Shown: in pieces, positions 37,397 to 49,692 of the stretch
How positions within the stretch are numbered: position 1 is the stretch's first letter
How the letters are laid out: each line of letters begins with the position of its first letter
Assembly (NCBI GenBank): GCA_002269645.1
Contig: NIVC01000104.1
Span: 649,179-713,178 of the forward strand
Source of the DNA: Macrostomum lignano
Taxonomy: Eukaryota
Direction: 5' to 3'
DNA length: 64,000 bases
Position numbers and translations under genes: made by a program
The notes under the pieces: model-generated
Seen by the model: only the letters and a program-made list of their open reading frames with translations
Databases searched by the model: none
What the model was told of the DNA's origin: nothing

Positions 37397-37861
37397 CAAG
37401 CGTTTTAATTTGACAATATTTTAATTCCAGCTGTTTGAGTAAAGTTTGCTTTCTATACATATCGGCTGTCAACAAGTCTATTTTTGTCCGTGACAAGACA
37501 AAATAGCTTTGCAGGAGAATTATCTATCATTTGTTTCGTACGCCTGGTTGTTTGAAATCGCACGATATTGAAATATTTTTCGCATTAAAATATCAAGCCT
37601 TTGTAAAGTTAATTACTCTACATATCGCCTGTCCTCTGATAAGCTAGGCCTCGTTAATTGTCAACAGGAATTTTATAAAGCTTTCTAGAAGCTGGTAACT
37701 TTCCTTTGAAATTATAATTTTTACAAGCAAATTTCCATTTATTTAAATTTGAATATTACTTTTTAATTATCGTGTACAATTCTGAGTTTAGCCGTTAAGG
37801 CATCACATTAGTTTTCTAAACGATTTAGAATGCATTGCTGTAATTATAGAAATTACGAGAC

Positions 37862-38062
37862 TGTGGCGAGTTGAGCCACGTAAAGTTTATTTGGAAGTAG
37901 CAGGGTGGAGGCGCGCGAGACAAAAGTCTAAAGTTATATAGGCCAGCGGTGTACACTGGGCAGCCAATCAACGCACAGCGACCGTGCACCTAGCGCCGGC
38001 CTCCCCGGCCGGGGTTGGGGTGGCTGCTGGAGCGCGTACGCGCGTGTGGCGTGACCGCCACA
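37862..38062 (-). repeat. 3' LTR
   Basis: Identical to 41916-42116 on base-by-base reading. Confidence 0.95.
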
Positions 38063-38082
38063 TGGCTCCCCCCAGCGCTGGC

Positions 38083-39290
38083 CTAGGACCGAAACCGCGT
38101 CGGGCGGCACCGGCGAGGCGGAAGCTGGCGGCGACCAGACGCTGGAGGCCGGGTCGCTTGCACCGGTGGGAGGCGCGTTGGTGGGAGCCCCGGTGGCGCT
38201 TGCGGGTGCGCAGCTGCGACCGGAGGGTCTCCACCACGTGGCAGTTGTGGCCGGCCGTCCAGGCGGGGGCGGCCTCGTGGCCGCAGAGCCGGAGCCGGAA
38301 TCGCCTCGCCGGGATCGAGCGCCGCAGGCTTGAGTCTGTCCACTGCCACGTGATCCTGCCGCGTGCCCAGGTCGAGGCGGAAGGTCTTGTCTCCGCGCCC
38401 AAGGACCTTGAAGGGCCCGAAGTACGGCCGCTGCAGAGATGGCCGGTGGCCGTCGCGGCGGATGAAGACGTGCGTGCAGGACTCCAGGGCAGCAGGCACG
38501 GAGGCAGCGACGCGGCCATGACGCGAGGTTGGAGGCGGCCGGAACGACTGCACAGCGCTGCGTAGCCGGGCCAGGAACTGGTCGTAAGAGGCCTCGGGTG
38601 GCGCGGCCTGCAGGCATTCTCCCGGTACCGTCAGCGGGGCGCCGTAGACCAGCTCGGCCGAGGAGGCGCCGATGTCCTCCTTGGGAGCCGTGCGGATGCC
38701 CAGCAACGCCCAGGGCAGCTCGTCGGTCCAAGTCGGTCCGGTCAGGCGCGCCATCAGGGATGCCTTGAGCTGGCGGTGGAAGCGTTCCACCAGGCCGTTA
38801 GCCTGTGGGTGAAAAGCGGTGGTGTCGTGCAGCTGCATGCCCAGCAGCCGCGACACGTTGGCCCATAGCCCGGAGGTGAACTGGGAGCCGCGGTCGGACG
38901 TGACGTCACTGGGCACGCCGAAGCGGGCGATCCAACCGGCGATGAAAGCGGACGCGCAGGAGGCAGCGGAAGTGTCGGCCAAGGGGAAAGCCTCCGGCCA
39001 GCGGGTGAACCTGTCGACGACGGTCAGCAGGTGCGTGAAACCGCGGGACTGCGGCAGCGGTCCGACAAGGTCGACGTGGACGTGCGCGAAACGGCTGCTG
39101 GGCACCGGAATGCTGGCGGGCGGGGCGGTCACGTGGCGCTGCACCTTGGCCGTCTGGCAGGCGATGCAGCTGCGAGCCCATTGGCCGACGTCCCTGTTGA
39201 TTCCCGGCCACACGAACTTCTCGGACACTAGGCGCCGCGTACTGCGTACGGACGGGTGCGCCAGTCCGTGGACCGCGTCGAAAACGGCGC
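38083..39290 (-). CDS. Integrase (H2C2 remnant, DDE core, GPY/F)
   Basis: [42 protein letters not shown]. Out of frame with RT-RNaseH because of a deletion near 39300. Confidence 0.9.
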
Positions 39291-39294
39291 GGGA

Positions 39295-41203
39295 CGCAAG
39301 TCACGCGCTCGAGCCGCAGGCCGGTGCCGGCGAGCGCGGGATCGTCCGCTCGCTGCGCGCGCGCCAGGGCCGCGTAGTCGATGCCGGGGAGCAGCGGCTG
39401 CACAGAGGCGACGGTGCAGCGGGAGAGGGCGTCGGCCACCGGATTGTCCTTGCCCGCCACGTGCCGGATGTCGGTGGTGAACTCCGACACGTATGCGAGG
39501 TGCCGCTGCTGGCGCGCTGACCAGGGATCCGACAACTTGGCCATGGCCGCGACCAGGGGTTTGTGGTCGGTGTAGGCGGTGAAGATGCGGCCTTCCAAAA
39601 AGTAGCGGAAATGTCGTGTGGCCAGATAGAGAGCGAGTAACTCCCGGTCGAAAGCGCTGTACTTTTGTTCAGCCGGCCGCAGTTGGCGGCTGAAGAAAGC
39701 GAGTGGCCGCCAGGTCTCGCCGACACGCTGCTCCAGAACCGCCCCGATGGCGGTGTCCGAGGCGTCGACCGTCAGCGCCGTTGGGGCGTCGGGCTCCGGG
39801 TGCGCAAGCATGGCAGCGTCAGCCAGGGCCTGCTTCGTGCTGTTGAAGGCGTCCGTCAGCTCCGGTGTCCACTGAACGATCTTGTCCTTGCTGGCCAGGG
39901 CGCCATAGATGGGGCGCAGCAACTGGGCAGCCCGCGGCACGAACCGGTGATAGAAGTTCACCATGCCGGCGAACTCTTGCAGGCCCTTGACGGTCGCGGG
40001 CGGAGCGAATCGGGCGATGGCTTCCACCTTGTCTGGCAGCGGCACAGCGCCCCGGCTGTTGATGCGGTGGCCTAGAAAGTCGATTTCGCTGCGGCCAAAC
40101 TGGCACTTGGCTGGATTGATGAGGAGGCCGTTGTTTGCCAGGCGCTGGAACAGCGTGCGCAGGTGCTCCAGATGCTGCTGAGGGCCGCTGCTCGCCACTA
40201 GGAAGTCGTCGATATAGGCGAACACGAAGTCCAAACCCTGGCAGACCGTGTCAATCAGCCGTTGGAAGGCCTGGGCGGCGTTTTTGAGTCCAAATGGCAT
40301 CCGGAGAAACTCGAACAGGCCGAATGGCGTGATGACGGCCGTCTTGGCGATGTCGGCCTCGGCAACCGGGATCTGGTGGTAGCCCCGCACCAGGTCGATC
40401 TTGGAGAAAATGTTGCACCCGGACAGCCGCGCAGAAAAGTCCTGAATGTGCGGCACCGGGTAGCGGTCGGGCACCGTGGCGTCGTTGAGCCGCCGGAAAT
40501 CGCCGCAGGGCCGCCAACCCCCGGAGGCCTTTGGCACCATGTGCAGCGGCGACGACCAGGGGCTGCAGGACCGCCGCACGATGCCCAGCTGCTCCAGGTT
40601 GCGGAATTCCTCCTTGGCCACCGCCAGCTTGTCAGGCGGCAGGCGGCGCGCCCGGGCGTGGACAGGGGGGCCCGTCGTAGGAACATGATGTTGGACCCCG
40701 TGGAGCGGCCGGGCTTTCTGGAAACTCGGCTCCGTCAGCGACGGGAATTCTGCGAGCAGCTGGCTGTACGGGTCCCCAGCGATGGCGGCGGCGAGCTGAG
40801 GTGCCGGGCCGGACCCGAGCAGCAGGTGGGCGCTGGACAGCGAGCTAGTGTCGAGCAGACGGCGGTTCGGCATGTCCACCAGTAGGCCGTGGTGCCGCAG
40901 GAAGTCCGCGCCGATCAACGGCCGTGACACCTCGGCCAGGATGAACGGCCAGGTGCAGGCCTTGACGCCGAGGTCGAGCGTCAGTGTCCGGCTGCCGAAC
41001 GTGCGGATCGGGCTGCCGTTGGCCGCGAAAAGCGGCGGGCCGGGTGTGTGCGAGCGGGCGTCTGCCCCCGAGACAGGAAAAATGCTCACCTCAGCGCCGG
41101 TGTCGACCAAGAAGCGCCGGCCCGTGGCTACGTCGGGGATGAGCAGGAGGTTGTTGCTGCCGGCCGTCGAAGCGTTCACTGACGGCCGGCCGGCCCGTTT
41201 CCC
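39295..41203 (-). CDS. pol: Pol: aspartic protease, reverse transcriptase, RNase H
   Basis: [39 protein letters not shown]. Confidence 0.95.
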
Positions 41204-41868
41204 GAGAACTGGCAGGGCGGCTCGCAACGCCGGGCCTTGGCGCCGAACTTCCGGTGGAAGAAACAGATGAGGCCGTCGGCCTCCCTCGGCTGGTGCTGCT
41301 GCGGCTTGGCGCGAGCTGGGCGGGCGGTGGCAGCAACTACCGGCGGGTGCTCTGGCGGCAGGGTGGCGGTGGCCACGGGCTGTGCCCGGCTCGCCCAGAG
41401 TTCATCCGCGAGTCGCGCAACTGCGCGCGGGTCAGCGAAATCCGCGGAGACGAGTGCCATGCGAATGTCGGCCGGCATCTGCTGGCGGAAAAGCTCCTCG
41501 AAGAGCATGCAGGGCCGGTGGTTGCCGAGCAGGGCCAGCATCTCGTCCATGAGCTCGGACGGGCGGCGGTCACCGAGGCCGGCCAGGTTGAGCAGCCGGC
41601 TGGCACGCTGTTGCTGCGTCAGGCCGAATGTGCCGAGGAGGCGGGCCTTGAGAGCATCGTACTTGTTCTCAGCCGGCGGTGTCTCAAGCACGTCCAGCAG
41701 GCGCTCGGCTGACTGCTGGTCCAGCGCGGCTACGAGGTGAAAGTACTTGGTAGCGTCTTGCGTGATGTTGCGGAGGACGAATTGCGCCTCTGCCTGGATG
41801 AACCAGGCGCGAGGCTGGCTGGCCCAGAACGTGGGCAGCTTGAGGGCTACCGCAGACTCAGTTGACAT
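41176..41868 (-). CDS. gag: Gag with C-X2-H-X9-C-X3-C motif
   Basis: ALKLPTFW...WF.QAEAQF start; [18 protein letters not shown]. Confidence 0.92.
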   Translation of the reverse strand: MSTESAVALKLPTFWASQPRAWFIQAEAQFVLRNITQDATKYFHLVAALDQQSAERLLDVLETPPAENKYDALKARLLGTFGLTQQQRASRLLNLAGLGDRRPSELMDEMLALLGNHRPCMLFEELFRQQMPADIRMALVSADFADPRAVARLADELWASRAQPVATATLPPEHPPVVAATARPARAKPQQHQPREADGLICFFHRKFGAKARRCEPPCQFSGNGPAGRQ

Positions 41869-41915
41869 ACTGAGGAGTTATTCTCAAACAGGCGGTTGAG
41901 AGTCGGGCTCACCAA

Positions 41916-42116
41916 TGTGGCGAGTTGAGCCACGTAAAGTTTATTTGGAAGTAGCAGGGTGGAGGCGCGCGAGACAAAAGTCTAAAGTTATATAGGCCAG
42001 CGGTGTACACTGGGCAGCCAATCAACGCACAGCGACCGTGCACCTAGCGCCGGCCTCCCCGGCCGGGGTTGGGGTGGCTGCTGGAGCGCGTACGCGCGTG
42101 TGGCGTGACCGCCACA
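41916..42116 (-). repeat. 5' LTR
   Basis: Adjacent to the PBS at about 41902-41914. Confidence 0.95.
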
Positions 42117-42222
42117 AGATTCATAGTATTTATTTTTACCTTGAACATTTTGCTTATAATTCTCACTCAATATATTTATGCATTCATTGTTCATTTTTAA
42201 TAGATACAATAGGGTCCAACCT

Positions 42223-42678
42223 ATAGCACAGATACTAAAATGACTGGATGGGCTACTCAGGCTTATATGCGTAGTAAAACAGCTGTCTACTTTCAGTTCA
42301 GTAGCAAAAAAGAATACGTAAGCTATTTTATAAAAAAGGCAGCTGAAATTACTTTGATAACTTCAGAAGCCCAACAAGCTTGCAGGCGTAAACAACTTGC
42401 TAATTGGTTCAGCAATAATGTACATTGGCCAGTCCACTGAAATGTACATGGCAGCTTTAGGCTGGAATTCCGAGAAGGGCAATAAAAATTGGGGCGGGGC
42501 GGTGGGTAGTGTGGAAAGTCGCGGTTGGAGGGTTGAGACTGGTGGGTAAAAAGCCAATAAATGAGCCTTGGCTTTAAAATACATTAAAATACTTTTGATT
42601 AACTCACTACTGAACTGAAAGTAGCTTACACGCAAATGTGCTGACTGGCCCATCTAGTTATTCTAGTATCTGAGCTAT
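42223..42678. mobile_element. MITE with about 100-bp imperfect TIRs
   Basis: atagcacagatactaaaatgactggatggg... versus reverse complement of ...cccatctagttattctagtatctgagctat; CCT on both flanks. Confidence 0.6.
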
Positions 42679-44084
42679 CCTATACTAAAAAAATTACAAA
42701 GTTGTAAAACTTGTTATTTCCAGTCACGTGACTTAAATGTACTCGCTAAGACCAAATGTACAGTCTTCTTATCTGTACAGAAATTACAGAAATTCTGTAC
42801 AGAAATTCTGTCCGCCTAGGGATCAGGCGCTACTGCATAGGCATAGAATTAGACTTAATGATTAAAAGGTTAAATTTCAAAAGCATTGAATTTTTTGCAA
42901 GGAAATCAAGCAGCTTTTCACAGAAATTTGTTTTAACGAAATTAGAGAAAAACTTGGGAATTTATTCTTAATAATTGCATCACAAAACTTTATTTATGTC
43001 TGTGTCTGGCTAATTTACACTTTGAATTATTTAGTGTGAAAGCATGTAGCTGATTTAATTACATAACCTATTGTTAACTTCATAGTGGTACTTTTAAAAA
43101 TTGTTATTCATACTGTTCGCGTGACTTTTTACACCTGACTTGGGAGTTTGAATTAATTATATAAGTGTAAAATTCACTGATAACTTCGATGAAGTGCCTA
43201 AGCTGGCAGCCAGACTCTTAGGACTTTCTTAGCTAAAAAGTGTAGTGTACTTTTCTGCATTATTTTATTAAAGGACTAATAAAAAGCACTGTAGATTACT
43301 ATCGAAAGCTTTATTGTTTGGCAAGCCAAGCGTTCTGCACTCGATCCTGGATTATTGCTTTGGAAACAATTGGATTACTGCAGATAGCCTGATTATTGCT
43401 ATTAATAAACCAATGATTACTGACTCGATAGCCAAGGATTATTTGCTATACTGATCTGCACTTCGATAAACGGATTTTGTATTAATACCAAGATTATGCT
43501 TCAATTTGCAATCGATGGGATTATGATTAATACCAAGCATTACGCACTCAATAGGCATGATTAAACCAAAACTGCATCAAAAAAAAACTTTGCTTTGGCA
43601 TCAAGGATACTGCTTGCCATTTTTTTATTTTAGCTTTGATCCCTAATTTTGTTACTATAAGTAACAGCTAACGATTATTTTATTGTTTCGAAAAAAGTTC
43701 TTTTTATAGGTTTCTTTGGTAGTCAACACAATGTATTGTATTACAACCTTTATCATTGGCTCGCGGTTTCTGCCAGTCAAAAAGGAATTGCATTATTTCC
43801 TCAGAACTGGCCTCAACTCAAGGTGCGTACAAAAAGGAAGTGCACTCGGTATTTCTCAGGTTTCAGATAACAAGACTATTTACGCACAAGGAACCTGTGA
43901 TAGATTTATTGATTTATACAAAGGATTCTTCTGGTAGCCATAGGATTATTGATTTGGGCAAAGCGCATTAAGAGGGATAAGCCATAGACATTTTATTAAT
44001 GACAACGCAATGGACTAAGCCTGCGATAAGAAGGATTTTTTAGTTAAGTGACAACCAATGGATTTCGCCTCGAACGTAGTAGCT

Positions 44085-44425
44085 TAGGTACTGAGACAGT
44101 AGCTTAGGCAGGATTAGCTCATTAGCTCAGGTAGAATTAGACCAGTAGCTCAGGTAGAATTGGATCAGTAGCTCAGGTACTGAGACAGTAGCTTAGGCAG
44201 GATTAGCTCATTAGCTCAGGTAGAATTAGACCAGTAGCTCAGGTAGAATTGGGTCAGTAGCTCAGGTACTGAGACAGTAGCTTAGGCAGGATTAGCTCAT
44301 TAGCTCAGGTAGAATTAGACCAGTAGCTCAGGTAGAATTGGGTCAGTAGCTCAGGTACTGAGACAGTAGCTTAGGCAGGATTAGCTCATTAGCTCAGGTA
44401 GAATTAGACCAGTAGCTCAGGTAGA
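44085..44425. repeat. Compound minisatellite of about 89 bp built from cagtagctcaggta subunits
   Basis: About 4 near-identical higher-order units. Confidence 0.9.
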
Positions 44426-45149
44426 CTTAAATAAATTTAATAAGTTGAATACGTGCGGGAATTTACAGCACGGTGGTTGGAATCTACAGCACGGCTTGGG
44501 ATTTACTGCACAGTCGCGTTATTGGTGAAGGATTGCTTTTTGGCCATAGACAATGAATAGTGTCAGCAATTTAAGAATGCTTGGCCATAGACAAATGATG
44601 CGTCTGTCTCTGGGCGGCACAATCAGCAATTTAGTCCTGCAAAATCCATGAACAATGAGTTTACAGTCATTTTACATTTGCTAACAGTACAATATTCAAG
44701 ATAAACATCCACACCAGTCGCGAAATGCCAGCGGTTTGAACTTTTCTCCATTTCCTTTCGAATTTGTTTACCAGGTTAGACTGGAATTTTTTCTTCTTTT
44801 CGCGCAGTGCGTCAGAGATTTTCTCGTTCTGGCGGGGAAGGGGATGGCGGATGATTTGGGGAACATGATTTTCGTGCTTTGTGTTTCCGAATGTTAAAAG
44901 TGCAGGGACTGTTAGTTCACGTGCTCCTGTGCGTGTTATTGAATAGAATGTTTTTGTTGAATATTTATCTACAGTCGATGCTGACTGTTATAGAATGGCT
45001 GATATGATTGGACTGAGACTGGGAATCTAGTTATGAGATTCTAGTGGAGTTTTGAGAACATAAGGGTTGAGATTTTTTTGGGATTGCGAATTAACGAATG
45101 AGATTCTACTGTGATGGACAATCTGATATTTTATTGGTATTTTTCAAAT

Positions 45150-46222
45150 TATGAGATTCTACTTGAGTTTGAAAATCTAAGGACGAGATTCTACTTCAGT
45201 TTGAGAATCTAAGGATGAGATTCTACTTGAGTTAGAGACTCTAAGGATGAGATTCTACTTCAGTTTGAGAATCTAAGGATGAGATTCTACTTGAGTTAGA
45301 GACTCTAAGGATGAGATTCTACTTCAGTTTGAGAATCTAAGGATGAGATTCTACTTGAGTTAGAGACTCTAAGGATGAGATTCTACTTCAGTTTGAGAAT
45401 CTAAGGACGAGATTCTACTTCAGTTTGAGAATCTAAGGACGAGATTCTACTTCAGTTAGAGACTCTAAGGATGAGATTCTACTTGGGCTTGTTTGAGGCT
45501 CTGAGGATGAGATTCTACTTGAGTTTGAGAATCTAATGAAGAGATTCTACTTGAGTTTGAGAATCTAAGGACGAGATTCTACTTCAGTTTGAGAATCTAA
45601 GGATGAGATTCTACTTGAGTTAGAGACTCTAAGGATGAGATTCTACTTCAGTTTGAGAATCTAAGGACGAGATTCTACTTCAGTTTGAGAATCTAAGGAT
45701 GAGATTCTACTTGAGTTAGAGACTCTAAGGATGAGGTTCTACTTGGGCTTGTTTGAGGCTCTGAGGATGAGATTCTACTTGAGTTTGAGAATCTAATGAA
45801 GAGATTCTACTTGAGTTTGAGAATCTAATGATGAGATTCTACTTGAGCTTGTTTGAGGTTTAGAGGATGAGATTCTACTTGAGCTTGTTTGAGGTTTAAA
45901 GGATGAGATTATACTTGAGTTTGAGACTCTAATTATGAGATTCTACTTGAGTTTGAGACTCTAATGATGAGATTCTACTTGAGCTTGTTTGAGGTTTAAA
46001 GGATGAGATTCTACTTGAGTTTGAGACTCTAATTATGAGATTCTACTTGAGTTTGAGACTCTAATGATGAGATTATACTTGAGTTTGAGAATCTAATTAT
46101 GAGATTCTACTTGAGTTTGAGACTCTAATGATGAGATTCTACTTGAGTAGAGAATCTAATGATGAGATTCTACTTGAGTAGAGAATCTAATGATGAGATT
46201 CTACGTGAGTTTGAGAATCTAC
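45150..46222. repeat. Minisatellite of about 30-33 bp (gagattctacttgagtttgagaatctaaggat)
   Basis: About 33 diverging tandem units. Confidence 0.93.
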
Positions 46223-47492
46223 ATGTATACTTAAGGATAAGATTCTAACCTGGATTGAAGAAGTATTGATGAGGTTCATTTTATCAATGAATTTAAATAT
46301 TTAATGACTACGAAATAGATGAACTGAAGTTTGGGAGGTCGATGTGAGTAATTTAACATTTTATTTTCAGCTACCTAAACCATTACTAATAAGACTACCG
46401 TTATACATTCGGTTCCAAAGTCAGTTTTTTACTTTGCAAAGTTTGCAAATTCAAAGAAAAACTCGTAGAGCATCAAAATACGCACAAATGAAGGCAAAGC
46501 AGAAGCAGAATTCGGCGAGAACTGAATAAATAACTTTTGAATTGAATTTGATTTGCCTCTAAGTTCTAGTGGCCTAGTCTAACACCTGGTATTACCTTCG
46601 TCATCAGTCTTGGGACAGAATCTTTAATGACCTTCAACAAGAGACAGCAAAATGTTTAACGCAAAACAATAATGGCTGATAAATAACACTGAGAGAGGTG
46701 AAACAGGTCAAACAAGGGCAACCCGGAACTTGATGCTGGGATAGACATTTGGATCCATGGTTGGCCTTTCAGGGGTGAAAAACATCGTCTATGCAGTAAT
46801 ATCCTGTCTAACCCCTGGGGACGGTAAAAGTGCAGGTAAACACGCGGCACTCGAGGTAACCGGCTGACCAACGGTGCACCCTAGGGTGCGTTTCTTGTTT
46901 TTTCGCTGCGTCAGAGATGGATACTTGCACAGAAGATAGGAATCTATTCCCCGTGACCAGACCAAGGGCGATTGGTGGAGGGAGTAACGTAAACATGTTT
47001 ACGCTTTTCGGAAGTCACGGTCGTCTGCGGTTGCTATGCAAAATGTTAAGGGTGCAGATTTTTTTCTTTATCTGCTGATTGATTTTTTTCAGGGTTCTTC
47101 TTTTAGCTGGGGCTGACGATTGATTGAGACTCGCTGAGATTCAGGGTGAGATTTAGGGTGAGATTGAAGGTGTAGGATGAAATTGCGGGAACAATGAATG
47201 CGACGTTTATGCAAAACACGGTCAACAAAAACACAACAAATGTTTCACCGACCTGTCATTTGAATTTTATAACTATTATAACAAACAATCAAAGGCATGA
47301 CGTATTAAATATGTAGCAACGAACGATCTTGAGTATCATTTCAAGCAATGAGAGAGAGCTATATGAAGCTACAGGAAGTCAATAAGCGAACTGGGCTATA
47401 GGTTAGCGGTGAGCGATAAAGAGTCAGGGATTGAGTTTAGCTACTAAAAGCTACTAGCAGAAGCAACAACCTCGGTGTCGGAGAGTCATAAA

Positions 47493-47945
47493 TCAGGGGG
47501 CCAGCTGGTCGGCGGGGCCGGCGTAGATCTCAGAGAACAGCGGCGTCGGACTGACGTCGCCCAGCCCGTTAAACAGAGTCTGCAGCGACGAATCGAATGT
47601 CCTGGACCACTCGAACAGAATGGCCAGCTCGCGCAGTTTGTCGCGCCATTTGTCGGCGAATTCGTCGGCGAATGCGCGTCGAAGACAGGCGGACACGCGG
47701 ACGAACAGGCGGACACAGATGTCGGCCAAGTCAGGCTCCTGGTTGTTGTCCAGCTCAGATAGGTCCAGCAGTTTGAGCAGCGAGTAGAGGCCAATTAGGG
47801 TTTGCCGAGACTCCAAAACGCGGTCAATGTAGGCAAAGTAGCGATCGTTGGCCGTGAGAGCCGACAGGCCAGGGATGAAGGATTTGTCGAGCTGGCTGAT
47901 GCTCTTGTTGGGGTCGACGTTGTACAGGGAGCCTGCGATGCTCAC
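47493..47945 (-). CDS. HR96/NR1J-like nuclear receptor, terminal exon (LBD C-terminus)
   Basis: Acceptor caagcag|GTG is phase 0. Ends with AF-2-like PLFSEIY. Confidence 0.75.
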   Translation of the reverse strand: MSIAGSLYNVDPNKSISQLDKSFIPGLSALTANDRYFAYIDRVLESRQTLIGLYSLLKLLDLSELDNNQEPDLADICVRLFVRVSACLRRAFADEFADKWRDKLRELAILFEWSRTFDSSLQTLFNGLGDVSPTPLFSEIYAGPADQLAP

Positions 47946-48512
47946 CTGCTTGTCAAAGTGGTGGAAGGGTATCTTAGAGTCGTAGAGATTACAGCATCTC
48001 GATGAAGGTCTTGATGGATGGAGGACTGCGATAGAGACAGAGATGATTTCGACACAGGTGGAGACTTATACTCGTAACTACCTAGAATTAATGATCTGAG
48101 GCAGGGCTCGGCAAAATCCGGCCCGCTCAAGGTTTGTGTCTCTTCTCATGCAGTTCTTTTTCTTTCTCTCGCCTCTTCTCTCTCTCCCCGTCTCTCCTCT
48201 TCTATCTCTCCTCATTTCTCTCTCCTCTCTCCCCATATCTCCCCTCTCCCCGTCTCTCCTCTCTTCTCCGTTTCTCCCATCTTCTCTCCCTTCTCTACTC
48301 TCCCATTTTCTCTGATCTTACGTCCCATCTTTTATCCTTTCTACTTTTCTCTCTCATTTCTTTTCCATGGCCCGCAGCCATGAACTATATTTTCTGTCTG
48401 GCCCTTGAGGTAAAAAGTTTTTTATCTGATCTAAGGATTACCTGGACAATGAATATCTATGGAGCTAAAATGCTCTATCAATATAAAAATAATTAAATAA
48501 TCTCTAACAAAC

Positions 48513-49062
48513 CTGCAGCTGCCCAGTGCTGCCTGACACCAGCCTGCTGCTGAACATTGGCACCAGCAGGGCGTGCAGCCTCAGTTTGACCAGCCGGACG
48601 CTGAACTCCTGTCGCCAGTCGGGCGCCGTCTCGGCCAGCAGAGTCGACTTGAAGAACAGCCGGCAGAACTGGATGACCGGCTGCATGAAGATCTCCAGCT
48701 GGCTGATCATGTCCTGCCAGCTGTCCAGCTGTTCGCTCAGCCCGCGACGAAGATCGTGCTTAATATCGAACGGCACCGATAGGTCGCAGTCGATGCACTC
48801 GGCCAGCCAGCCGGTCACCTGGCCGATGAACGCGGACTCTTCGTCGCGACGACGCGCTGACAAGTCGGCAGCGGCGGCAGCGGCGGCGGCGGCTGAGGCA
48901 GCGTCACCGTAGTAGAAGTTCAAGTTCGGGCAGCGGCGATTGTGGTTGTGGTCGCTGCCGAGTTCGTCGACGCCGCTGGTGGTACCGGCGCAACAGTCGA
49001 TAATCTGGGAGAGAACTTCCTGCCAGTTTAGCTGAGACGGCTGCTGCTGCTGCTTGGTGTCC
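48513..49062 (-). CDS. HR96/NR1J-like nuclear receptor, middle exon (hinge + LBD N-part)
   Basis: Donor CAG|gtttgt. The phase-2 acceptor must be ccag|49062 because the upstream ttcag acceptor gives an immediate TGA. Confidence 0.65.
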
Positions 49063-49285
49063 CTGGAGTCCGTGGCAGTTCAACTGAATTTTATTGTCTC
49101 TGGGTTTGAGCATCGTTTGTGGATACCATCTACCTCAAAACTGTCACGTTCACCCGGAGTTTTGGGCAACAAGTGTAAATTTGCATGCACCGTCCTATTC
49201 ATCAAGCAAAGATTCCCACCAAAGAGAAAGTCAATATAGCGGCTCATTTAAACACTGGCATTCAAGCGTTCAAAACTGCGCTCAC

Positions 49286-49692
49286 CGTTCACTGTCATAC
49301 TCAGCAGCAGTCGATGATCCGTCCGAGTCGTCAGAAAGTGCGGCCGCAGCCAACTCCGCAGGGGTGCCAGCGTCGTCTCCGTCGCCACCACCGGAAGCAG
49401 GCGTAGGAGCCGAATACAGCAACTCCAGCTGCATGCCAACGGCTAGACATTTCTCAAATCGACAAGCCCGACAAGTGCGTCTAGTAGTGACCGTTATAAG
49501 GCAATTGCCGTCGCCATGGGAACAATCCAAATGTTTTTCGGCATTTCTACGAAAGAACGCTTTGCAAGACTCGCAGCAGATTTGACCGAAATTGAAAGTG
49601 GCAGCCAGATCGCCGCAGACGCGGCAATAACGCTGGCCTTCGCTAGGAGATCTGGCGTGGCGACGTCGCTTATGGGGCTTCTGGTCGGTCAT
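49286..49692 (-). CDS. HR96/NR1J-like nuclear receptor, exon with C4 zinc-finger DBD
   Basis: CRVCGD...FNFG..CCESCKAFFRRNA (ESCKA P-box of HR96/DAF-12), C..C...C..CR..KC...GM; donor CG|gtgagc. Confidence 0.9.

Larger units (their letters stand above)
37862..42116 (-). mobile_element. Ty3/gypsy LTR retrotransposon, CsRn1 clade
   Basis: Identical 201-bp LTRs TGT...ACA (37862-38062, 41916-42116). PBS TGGTGAGCCCGAC (tRNA-Trp-like), PPT next to the 3' LTR, gag with CHCC motif, PR-RT-RH-IN order. Confidence 0.96.

Noticed and set aside
37934-41740. Numerous antisense and alternate-frame ORFs over the retrotransposon
   Set aside because: By-products of high GC content; no motifs.
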